Assembly (NCBI GenBank): GCA_045537405.1
Contig: JAZSPK010000030.1
Span: 3,181 to 67,180 of the forward strand
Source: Acetatifactor sp.
Lineage (GTDB): Bacteria; Bacillota; Clostridia; Lachnospirales; Lachnospiraceae
Length of the DNA stretch: 64,000 nucleotides
Direction of reading: 5' to 3'
Positions 10,704 to 18,071 of the stretch are shown piece by piece; within the stretch, counting starts at the first letter, position 1, and every line of letters starts with the position of its first letter. Below the pieces are notes generated by a model. That model did no database searches. It had not been told where the DNA came from and saw only the letters and a program-made list of their open reading frames with translations. The position numbers and the translations under genes were made by a program.

Positions 10704-11837
10704 TCAAGAATAATATTCCTCAATTAATTTTAATGCATCCATTATTGTTTTGTCAACTTCAGCGCTTGTTAATACTCTTGTTGTATCCACACCTAATGAA
10801 TTTGGATTATCCCAATGTTGTAACTTGTTTCTCACCAATTTCATATAAGTATATGCTTTACCTATAGATTCAATCTTATGTGAATTATTACCCAAATGAC
10901 CCCAATGCGCCTGCTGTAATTCATACTTAGTAGGATCTCCATTTGAATCTTTTTGAGTCGGTTCAAAAACATTTATATTATGGCCATGTAAAATCCCTGC
11001 CAGTGCAATTCTAATGTGTCCCTCTAAAGCTCTTTCTGCTGGTGCAGCTAAATATGTAGGGTCGAATTTTTCTTCCAAGTCACGCCTATTTTGTAACGCT
11101 TGACATATACATTTTTTAAGTTTTGATGACATATATGCTTTCGATTTTACAAACATATCATCAAACTCCGCTTCAATTTCTTCCAATGTAGTTTTAGTTC
11201 CATAAAATGCATTTAACGCAGCCATATTCTCTTCTTTTCCAATTAGACCTGCCACTTCTGCAACACATACAGCAAAAAACATTTTAGGTTTTCCCTGAAT
11301 CATTACAGTATGACCACGCCCTGAAGAAAAATGTGTTATAGTTACCTCGTTTCCAACTTTATCAAAAAACTTACAAATTGTGACAGTATCTTCATCACGA
11401 GTCACCTCGTATCTGTCACAGCAATCTTCTTCTTTTATAATTGTTACTAATTTATCAAAAATATCTTCATCAACTTTTTTATACACAATTGTGTCATTTG
11501 CTTTCTTATCTAACGACATATGAAGAGCATATTCATTATTGATCTCTACATAATTATCCACATAAAGATTACTATCTTCAAGAATATGTTTTGCAAATAA
11601 TTCTTGTAACTCAGGATGTCCACCTTGACCTGTTTGTATTGTAGTCTTTCCATTCTTATTAAAGAAGAAATCCAAGAAAAACTTATTCCCATCTACCTCG
11701 ATTGGTAATCTAAACCTTTTTCCATCAATATTCTCAATTGAACCAATGAGATAATTCTCATAATCCTCTATTGTACATTTTTCATAAACAGATAATACTA
11801 ATTTTGTTCTATCAATCATTAAATTACTGTACGACAT
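10704..11837 (-). CDS. rnlA: RnlA/RNase LS family HEPN toxin
   Basis: FFFNKNGKTTIQ, VMIQGKP, RALEGHI and HEPN RNKLQH; ATG at 11837 with GGAGG. Confidence 0.8.
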   Translation of the reverse strand: MSYSNLMIDRTKLVLSVYEKCTIEDYENYLIGSIENIDGKRFRLPIEVDGNKFFLDFFFNKNGKTTIQTGQGGHPELQELFAKHILEDSNLYVDNYVEINNEYALHMSLDKKANDTIVYKKVDEDIFDKLVTIIKEEDCCDRYEVTRDEDTVTICKFFDKVGNEVTITHFSSGRGHTVMIQGKPKMFFAVCVAEVAGLIGKEENMAALNAFYGTKTTLEEIEAEFDDMFVKSKAYMSSKLKKCICQALQNRRDLEEKFDPTYLAAPAERALEGHIRIALAGILHGHNINVFEPTQKDSNGDPTKYELQQAHWGHLGNNSHKIESIGKAYTYMKLVRNKLQHWDNPNSLGVDTTRVLTSAEVDKTIMDALKLIEEYYS

Positions 11838-12693
11838 TTTTATCCTCCAAGTCAAAAATCTTTATGCACATTTCTTTATTAATCAAATCAGTTGAATCAA
11901 ATTTTATCTTCAAGTAACCATCTAATACTTGATATTCCACTCTTATATTCGATACCTTTTTATAACCCCTTTTTTTAAGCAAAAATTTTACAAAATCAAC
12001 AATACTTTTTTCTGTAATTATCTTATCTTGAACCACATAGGATACTTTACTTGCTCCACAAGTATATGTTTCCCTGAATTCACAATACTGCAAAATACAA
12101 TCTTCAACATCTGTTTTTTTCAAACCCTCCTTAGCAAGTTGATCTGCCATTTCGTTGTATTTTTGCCCACTATGAGCTTTTACTTTTGTAAACTCAATAC
12201 GGATTTCAGAGGAACAGTTGTCAATAAAAGTAGCATATTCTTGAGTGCCACGCTTATTAGCTTTCCACTCACCATTTGCCCAACTTGCAATTCCTTGATA
12301 ATCATGATAAATTCTGATACTCTTTATTTTGTTTCTTATCGCCCACTTAATAGCTTGTACCGATGCTTCCAATTCACCAGCGACATTTCGCATTTCAATA
12401 TAGTTGGCGTTTGCAGAACTACCACTTATTTTATGAACGACATTTCCATCTTTTATTATTACGCAACCATATGCATATTTTCCTATTTCTTCATCAAAAC
12501 TTCCATCAACATAAGCTTCAATCTCTGTTTTCAAAAAAACCTCATCACCTTTACCCATATACTCATCTGCTTCTTCTTTTGAGTCAAATGATTTATACAT
12601 TGCTCCGCTATACCCTGAGACTTGACTTTTACAATCATCCCACGAAGTATATACCCCAATATTCCTTCCTTTCTTTACCGCATAATACTTCAA
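11824..12693 (-). CDS. rnhA: Ribonuclease HI with N-terminal caulimovirus-viroplasmin hybrid-binding domain and C-terminal extension
   Basis: KYYAVKKGR...W..C...V.G (viroplasmin); YVDGS, RNVAGE, HDYQGI, KVKAHSG..YNEMADQLAK. Confidence 0.9.
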   Translation of the reverse strand: MKYYAVKKGRNIGVYTSWDDCKSQVSGYSGAMYKSFDSKEEADEYMGKGDEVFLKTEIEAYVDGSFDEEIGKYAYGCVIIKDGNVVHKISGSSANANYIEMRNVAGELEASVQAIKWAIRNKIKSIRIYHDYQGIASWANGEWKANKRGTQEYATFIDNCSSEIRIEFTKVKAHSGQKYNEMADQLAKEGLKKTDVEDCILQYCEFRETYTCGASKVSYVVQDKIITEKSIVDFVKFLLKKRGYKKVSNIRVEYQVLDGYLKIKFDSTDLINKEMCIKIFDLEDKNVVQ

Positions 12694-12965
12694 ATTTAAT
12701 CCTCCTTTTTAGTTATTCTCAAGTTATAATTATAAAAATGAACAAAATTTGCAAAGAATATTACATATATGAAATCAAAAAATACCCCCTCCAACAAATT
12801 ATCTTCTCCACCGCAATGTCATCCATTCTTCAGACCATGTCACAGCCCCAAATCCTTAATTATTTGACTTAAATCCGGTATAAAAATCCTTTCTCATACT
12901 CCCACACCCCTTGATTTTCCTGCACTCTTTCAGATAAACAACTTCTTGCCGTGACCCTTCCTCTT

Positions 12966-14084
12966 CTAATCACACCTAATCTCTTTAACTCTAGCATCAT
13001 GCGTTAACACAATTTCACATCTATCCTCATACACTCTATGTAAGCGCACCCACTTATTTCCTAGATACTTATATCCTTGATACTCTCTTGTAGATCCGTC
13101 ATTTAGAATACATACCACATTTCGAATTGCTGACTTTAGAAAATAGTTCTTCAAACAATACTGAATAGAATTAATTCTGTCGCATTCTACAATTCTTTCG
13201 CATCCATCTTCCAACAATAATTTAATCTTATTCTCGTTAATTTGTTCAATTCTCTTTCTAGTAACTATAACCTCATCTTTCAGAAATACACTTACATCCA
13301 CCACTGTGCTTCTATCCTTTATTTCTATAATAGCCCATTCACCAATGCACAAGGCAAACCAAATCACAAAGAACCATACAGCAACCGTTCCAAATAATAA
13401 CTCTTTGTCATACATCATTTCAATCCAAACAAAACTCAAAAACAATAGTGCCATAATTGTTCTGATTATTTTCAAACCCAATGGCAATATGCCCACATCA
13501 TTAAACTCATATTTCTTTATAAATACCTCACTTTGTGTGAAATGAGCCACCCCTATGTAAGTTACCCAAGACATTATCCACATTATTACAAACACACATA
13601 TTCCATTGCTATTACCGAAATTAACCAACATGAATAACACATAGATGTCCACTAGTAATAGTCCCATAAGAAAATGCACTTTTCTATATAAACTTCCTCT
13701 TACTCTTTTTATTAGCCTTGCAAAAAGGAGCAGGAGGAACATCCCGACAAAACTTATTATCACGCTAATCCCATTTGCAAAATTTAATACATTTGCAAAA
13801 AACAAAAATGTATATGCCATCCCTAAAATAATAAATATTGGCAATAGAGACTTATACATCTCTGTAAATGCTCCCAAAAACCATAATGCCTCATCTTTAT
13901 CATCTTCATCCTTTATAGGCAACAGGATGTATTTACTGACTTTTGAATCTAAAAACTCTTTCACCCACATAAAAAACTTTAACACGGGCACAACCATACC
14001 TGTTATTATGATATAAAATAAGCCATTTTTAAACTCATTCATACTATTAACGATATTAATTAGCCAATCGTTTCCTACTTCCAT
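12966..14084 (-). CDS. Hypothetical multi-pass membrane protein
   Basis: About 7 hydrophobic segments and a soluble C-terminus; AT-rich. Confidence 0.65.
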   Translation of the reverse strand: MEVGNDWLINIVNSMNEFKNGLFYIIITGMVVPVLKFFMWVKEFLDSKVSKYILLPIKDEDDKDEALWFLGAFTEMYKSLLPIFIILGMAYTFLFFANVLNFANGISVIISFVGMFLLLLFARLIKRVRGSLYRKVHFLMGLLLVDIYVLFMLVNFGNSNGICVFVIMWIMSWVTYIGVAHFTQSEVFIKKYEFNDVGILPLGLKIIRTIMALLFLSFVWIEMMYDKELLFGTVAVWFFVIWFALCIGEWAIIEIKDRSTVVDVSVFLKDEVIVTRKRIEQINENKIKLLLEDGCERIVECDRINSIQYCLKNYFLKSAIRNVVCILNDGSTREYQGYKYLGNKWVRLHRVYEDRCEIVLTHDARVKEIRCD

Positions 14085-14123
14085 GTGCTATACCTCCCTT
14101 CAGGTCAATTTGTTTTATCCCCC

Positions 14124-14699
14124 CTACGGCTCACACCTTCCGCACGGGTCATACCCCATACCTATACATTCTTCTCTCGTCCCAGTGAAATACGCTTTGT
14201 TTTTATCTTTCATCTGCTTTACGCTACTGCAAGACGGGTAATGGAATTTATAGGTATTTGTATTCAAAATATAATCCGTTCCCGTAGGTGTTGTTTTCTC
14301 TACCACCGGTTCTGCTGTTGGTGACGGTGTTGCCGTTGGCTCAAGTGTAGTTACCGGCGTACTTGTGGGTGCTGGTGTCGGCTCGGGTGTAGGCACCGGA
14401 GTACTTGTAGGTTCCGCAATTGACTCCGATGTAGCAATTGACTCCGTCACAATTTCTTTTGTTACTTCTGCTTCCATTTCCTCTTTAGGCAATATCTCTG
14501 CAATTAGTTCCAAGCCTTCACTTTCCTGTATATTGTCAGGCTCCCCCGCCACATCTTCTATGACCGGCATACTCCTATCCACAGGTTCACTTTGATTTTC
14601 ACCCCCACAAGCTCCCAACATGCCCATGAGTAATACTCCAAGTAGTCCTGCCAGCCATATTTTTGTCTTTGGACTTTTTTTCCTTCGTTCTCGTTTCAT
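14124..14699 (-). CDS. Lipoprotein with Pro/Thr-rich linker and C-terminal Ada-like metal-binding domain
   Basis: Lipobox LGAC; PTSTP repeats; KFHYPSC...GYDPCGRC. Confidence 0.75.
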   Translation of the reverse strand: MKRERRKKSPKTKIWLAGLLGVLLMGMLGACGGENQSEPVDRSMPVIEDVAGEPDNIQESEGLELIAEILPKEEMEAEVTKEIVTESIATSESIAEPTSTPVPTPEPTPAPTSTPVTTLEPTATPSPTAEPVVEKTTPTGTDYILNTNTYKFHYPSCSSVKQMKDKNKAYFTGTREECIGMGYDPCGRCEP

Positions 14700-14868
14700 A
14701 TACTTCTCCCGTAAGTAGTTTTTTATCTTCCCTATTTGACATCCTTTGACAAATTATACCATCTTTTCAACTAGCATTCTAGTCTTTTACACTCGTAGAT
14801 ACTTGAATTCCACAAACCCAAAAAGACACCTACTCGCAGTCGTCACCTGCAAATCAGTGTCTTCTCCA

Positions 14869-15399
14869 TCAATCCCACAGCGCATAAAAATGTTCCTTCA
14901 GCAAGTCCAACGCCTCATCCTTGCACTTACTTCTATACGCATATATTTTCTCCTCTTCCTTACAGTACTTTTCTCTTACTTCCTTTTTGAATTCAAAATT
15001 CTCCTCTTCATAGGGGTTCTTCTTGCTACAGGTGTGCACATCCGCCTCCCTCCACAAAAAAATCATGCGGTCCAATATTTTGTTCCATTCCTCATGACAA
15101 GTATCATTGACCGCCATCCCCTCCTCATTAATATAATACTCACCCAAATATGTGGGCGCGCCCATGTGATGTTCACGCATCTCCCGGAGCATATCCGGAA
15201 TCAATCGCTGTAGGTAGGCATCCATATTCCACCAATCACAATCTGCATATCCACGAACAATACGCTGTTTACTCCAGCGTATACATTTCCCAATATGTTT
15301 TACGATACCTATCAGCTTACATTTCCCGCCTGTACTACACCATCTGAAGCCTTCTTTGTCCCAAATATTATTGGGTGAGGCTTGTTTTCTTGCCTTCAT
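14869..15399 (-). CDS. Hypothetical protein
   Basis: 176-aa ORF with RBS; DCDWWNMD...HFYALWD, Trp-rich. Confidence 0.6.
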   Translation of the reverse strand: MKARKQASPNNIWDKEGFRWCSTGGKCKLIGIVKHIGKCIRWSKQRIVRGYADCDWWNMDAYLQRLIPDMLREMREHHMGAPTYLGEYYINEEGMAVNDTCHEEWNKILDRMIFLWREADVHTCSKKNPYEEENFEFKKEVREKYCKEEEKIYAYRSKCKDEALDLLKEHFYALWD

Positions 15400-15532
15400 C
15401 CTATCGCCCCCTTATGCATTCCTCGCCTACAAATATATTAGCCCAGGCCTTATGGGTTGTCATTAAACTTGTAGTTCAAAATGCCTGTCATACATGCACG
15501 TTTTTTCTAACTTGAGGTTCCAAATTGGAGCC

Positions 15533-15990
15533 TCAAGTTTCCTCATCCCCTAATCTCCGTACAACGCTCTCTATAGTTGCCTTATCCTCTATCTTATTAA
15601 TAGCAAAACACTTTTTGCCTGCATCTTTAATTGAAGCTCCGATATGGTATCCCAGCGTTTCGTCTATAATTAAAAATCTATCATGAAACTTGCCTGTATA
15701 ATGCATTTCGATAGATGGATATTGTTGATTAAAATTATTAATATCTGCCTCCATGTTTATTCTCGCTTTCTTGTAAACTTGATATTCCAGATTGGAATAT
15801 CAAATTTCTGTATTCTTCCTTTGTTAACTGAAAACAAAAATCCTCTGGAAATCTGTCTACATTACGTTTCATAGCCTTGTTCAAATTATAAGTTTCCAGG
15901 TGATATAACATTGCCAAATCACTATCCAGCATCACTTGCTGTCCACGAATTACATGTATTAAATTTTTATATTTTTCTAGTCCTTTAAAC
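15533..15990 (-). pseudogene. ORF6N-domain protein remnant (no start, internal deletion, split in two frames)
   Basis: IRGQQVMLDSDLAMLY...KRNVDRFPEDFCFQLT (ORF6N) at 15738-15990; C-terminal FHDRFLIID...HIGASIKDAGKK in another frame at 15533-15754. Confidence 0.75.
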
Positions 15991-16010
15991 TTGCAAGTAT
16001 CCCAATTATC

Positions 16011-16040
16011 AAAAAAAGGCGCACCCCTTGCGTCCTTTTC
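16011..16040 (-). terminator. Terminator of the tRNA cassette
   Basis: GGACGCA-AGGGG-TGCGCC followed by 7 T on the minus strand. Confidence 0.75.
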
Positions 16041-16052
16041 TTTTTCTATCAA

Positions 16053-16136
16053 TGGGCAGGGTTGGACTTGAACCAACAGAGTCCGTAGACACCGGATTTA
16101 CAGTCCGGCCCGCTACCAATTACGGTATACCTGCCC
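16053..16136 (-). tRNA. tRNA-Tyr(GUA), CCA not encoded
   Basis: GGGCAGG/CCTGCCC acceptor; CCGGA-CTGTAAA-TCCGG anticodon arm; long variable arm; GTTGG-TTCAAGT-CCAAC T-arm. Confidence 0.95.
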
Positions 16137-16137
16137 C

Positions 16138-16212
16138 TGGGGTGACTAGGGGGAATCGAACCCCCATATGCAGAGCCACAATCTGCCGTACTAGCCATTG
16201 TACTATAGCCAC
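16138..16212 (-). tRNA. tRNA-His(GUG), CCA encoded, no encoded G-1
   Basis: GTGGCTA/TAGTCAC acceptor, C73, CCA; GCAGA-TTGTGGC-TCTGC; GGGGG-TTCGATT-CCCCC. Confidence 0.95.
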
Positions 16213-16214
16213 AG

Positions 16215-16340
16215 TGACCCCTGCGGGGCGCATGAGGTCCGGGGGACCTCAGCTTTGCGCCGACCGAAGTGGAACGTAGACCTTGAACCCAGCATCTTGA
16301 GATTGAAAGTCTCAAATCCTAACCTTTAGACTAAGGGGCC
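16215..16340 (-). tRNA. tRNA-Glu(UUC) interrupted by a 53-nt structured insertion in the T-loop
   Basis: GGCCCCT/AGGGGTC acceptor; TGAGA-CTTTCAA-TCTCA; T-stem GC(T)GGG/CCCGC separated by 60 nt instead of 7. Confidence 0.85.
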
Positions 16341-16343
16341 TTA

Positions 16344-16374
16344 ATCCTTCTGCCCAAACCGCAGGCAGAAGATT
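16344..16374. other. Stem-loop between the HTH gene and tRNA-Glu
   Basis: CTTCTGCC/GGCAGAAG inverted repeat. Confidence 0.5.
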
Positions 16375-16388
16375 CTACTCATGTGCAT

Positions 16389-16643
16389 TTATGCACTTGC
16401 TTGTATTTGTTTTGCTTGATTGGTCACAATGATATCATCCATACCCACACCCAGAAGCGCCGCCAGCACCACCAAATTATCAATGGTGGGTAACGCCAAG
16501 CCTTGCTGCCACTTGTATATGGCCTGCGGCGTTCCAAAACCAAAAGTGTCCTGCAAGTCCCTCACAGACAAACCTGCCTTCTTTCGTAAGATGATAATAT
16601 TCTGTCCTGTCTTTACCATGTCAATGACCGGAATTGTAAACAT
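16389..16643 (-). CDS. XRE-family HTH transcriptional regulator
   Basis: LRKKAGLSVRDLQ...PQAIYKWQQG..LPTIDNL; ATG at 16643 with AGGAGG. Confidence 0.9.
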   Translation of the reverse strand: MFTIPVIDMVKTGQNIIILRKKAGLSVRDLQDTFGFGTPQAIYKWQQGLALPTIDNLVVLAALLGVGMDDIIVTNQAKQIQASA

Positions 16644-16651
16644 TTCTTTTT

Positions 16652-16682
16652 CCTCCTGTTCTGCTTCCGGCAAGAACAGGAA
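16652..16682 (-). promoter_or_regulatory. RBS-sequestering hairpin of the HTH gene
   Basis: 9-bp stem TCCTGTTCT/AGAACAGGA covers AGGA of the AGGAGG Shine-Dalgarno. Confidence 0.7.
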
Positions 16683-16699
16683 TGTTCCTACTCGGAAGT

Positions 16700-16753
16700 T
16701 TATATATTTCTTGATTTCCTCATGTAATTACTTTTATGTTCTCGATATTCCAT
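16700..16753 (-). CDS. Putative leader peptide 2 MEYREHKSNYMRKSRNI
   Basis: RBS AAAGTGAGG; codons GAA TAT CGA GAA CAT ... TAC; ends just upstream of the RBS hairpin. Confidence 0.65.
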   Translation of the reverse strand: MEYREHKSNYMRKSRNI

Positions 16754-16787
16754 ACTTTTCCTCACTTTCTTGTCTTGTATCTAAACG

Positions 16788-16907
16788 CAGCTCCAGCCCC
16801 GCATAAGCAGACTCGCAACGCCTTCGGCGTTCCTCGTTCGCGTTGCTCGCCAAATGCTCATACATTTTCGCCTGCATGCAAGCATGCGCTTCTCTGTATG
16901 TGCGCAT
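16788..16907. repeat. GC-rich nested-palindrome element
   Basis: AACGCC-TTC-GGCGTT, GCAACGC/GCGTTGC, CATACA/TGTATG and GCATGC-AA-GCATGC hairpins. Confidence 0.45.
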
Positions 16908-16942
16908 AAAAAGACCGCTCGTCTCATAAAAGATAAGCGGTC
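16908..16942 (-). terminator. Attenuator terminator downstream of leader peptide 1
   Basis: GACCGCTTATCT-TTTATG-AGACGAGCGGTC followed by TTTTT. Confidence 0.85.
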
Positions 16943-16983
16943 CGAAATTCTATGTATTCCCTGTTTTTATCACATGTGTAATA

Positions 16984-17130
16984 CTACAGTTCACAATTCA
17001 CAGTTATTCTTTGCCTTTGCTTTACCTTAAATGAGCGCATGAAACCGGACCACTCTTCATGTTTAGATTCTGAGAGTGATTCATAATGACGTTCAATATT
17101 ATGGTGATATGCAAATCTAACTGTTGTCAT
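16984..17130 (-). CDS. Putative leader peptide 1 (48 aa, Tyr/His/Glu-rich)
   Basis: RBS GAAAGGA; MTTVRFAYHHNIERHYESLSESKHEEWSGF...; lies between promoter and terminator. Confidence 0.75.
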   Translation of the reverse strand: MTTVRFAYHHNIERHYESLSESKHEEWSGFMRSFKVKQRQRITVNCEL

Positions 17131-17225
17131 GTCTTTTCCTTTCCGTGAATACACCCCGCGGTGCCTCCACTCGCTTAATCTTTTAAGAAATCGTTTTGCA
17201 AGCATCTCTTGCTCTTCCTATCGTC

Positions 17226-17254
17226 ACTATAGCACGAATGGTTTAGCTTGTAAA
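17226..17254 (-). promoter_or_regulatory. Sigma-A promoter of the leader-HTH-tRNA cassette
   Basis: TTTACA-17 nt-TATAGT with extended -10 TG. Confidence 0.7.
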
Positions 17255-17279
17255 TTATACCCGTAATATAATTTAGAAT

Positions 17280-17498
17280 GTCCCAGTTCGCATATTTGCG
17301 CCCAATCGTTTATGAATATGGGAATTGGGGACATAATTTCCTACAAGCAAGGCCTTGAAAAACGCCGGCGCTTAGCGAGGTGGTTTCGAGCTTAGCGACC
17401 GTTGCGTTCTTTCACGGAGCGGAAGCGTCCTTCGGTAGGATGTTATGTCCCCAATTACCCTTGAAATATGTAGCGGGTACAAATATGCGAACCGGGAC
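17280..17498. repeat. MITE/REP-like nested inverted-repeat element
   Basis: Outer IR GTCCCAGTTCGCATATTTG / CAAATATGCGAACCGGGAC (18/19); inner IR AATTGGGGACATAA / TTATGTCCCCAATT. Confidence 0.7.
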
Positions 17499-17506
17499 TT
17501 TAAATT

Positions 17507-18022
17507 TTACTCCATCCCCAAAAACTCCTTCACCTGCTTCAAAGATACCGGGAAATAATGGTTCGCATCCACGCCCACATCGTATCTTAAGATACCCTCC
17601 TCACGTTGCTGCAAATTATACTCTCCCGTACTGTGAATATGTCCGTGCAAATGCACCGAACCATGACGGGACTTAGGCCACTCCATCATGGGATAATGCA
17701 TCAGAGAAATATTCATGCCGTCCACATGCAGCTCCAGAAAATCATGAATTTCTTCAAATAATGCAGGGTCGTACTTCTTGTCATGATTTCCCTTGCACAA
17801 AATCTTCTTGCCGTTCAATCGGGCAATTAATCGATTTGCCTCCTCTAGCGTAATCCTGTGAGAAAGATCTCCCAGAATATATACCGTATCATCCTTTCTT
17901 ACGCAGGCATTAAAATTCATAATAAGGGTTTCTGTCATTTCTTCTACCGTTTCAAAGGGTCTGCCGCACATATCCACTGCAGCCTTATGTCCCAAATGTA
18001 AATCACTGGTAAACCAAATCAT
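17507..18022 (-). CDS. Calcineurin-like metallophosphoesterase
   Basis: SDLHLGH, LGD, GNHD, HYP, HGHIH, DVGVD. Confidence 0.9.
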   Translation of the reverse strand: MIWFTSDLHLGHKAAVDMCGRPFETVEEMTETLIMNFNACVRKDDTVYILGDLSHRITLEEANRLIARLNGKKILCKGNHDKKYDPALFEEIHDFLELHVDGMNISLMHYPMMEWPKSRHGSVHLHGHIHSTGEYNLQQREEGILRYDVGVDANHYFPVSLKQVKEFLGME

Positions 18023-18071
18023 TTTATCACCTCATCTCTTAAAACTAACTTGTAGCGTGGGGTAGCATCTC

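Noticed and set aside
14320-14460. Tandem DNA repeats
   Set aside because: Explained by the Pro/Thr-rich protein linker of the lipoprotein.
3405-16053. Prophage or ICE integrated at tRNA-Tyr
   Set aside because: No integrase, structural or conjugation genes, and no duplicate of the tRNA 3' end was seen by eye.
16028-16315. ORFs 16028-16279(+), 16049-16315(-) and the N-terminus of 15738-16076
   Set aside because: They overlap the tRNA genes and terminator and are spurious translations.
17131-17205. Longer 73-aa version of leader peptide 1
   Set aside because: The strong RBS (GAAAGGA) precedes the ATG at 17130; the upstream ATG is close to the predicted TSS with a weaker RBS.
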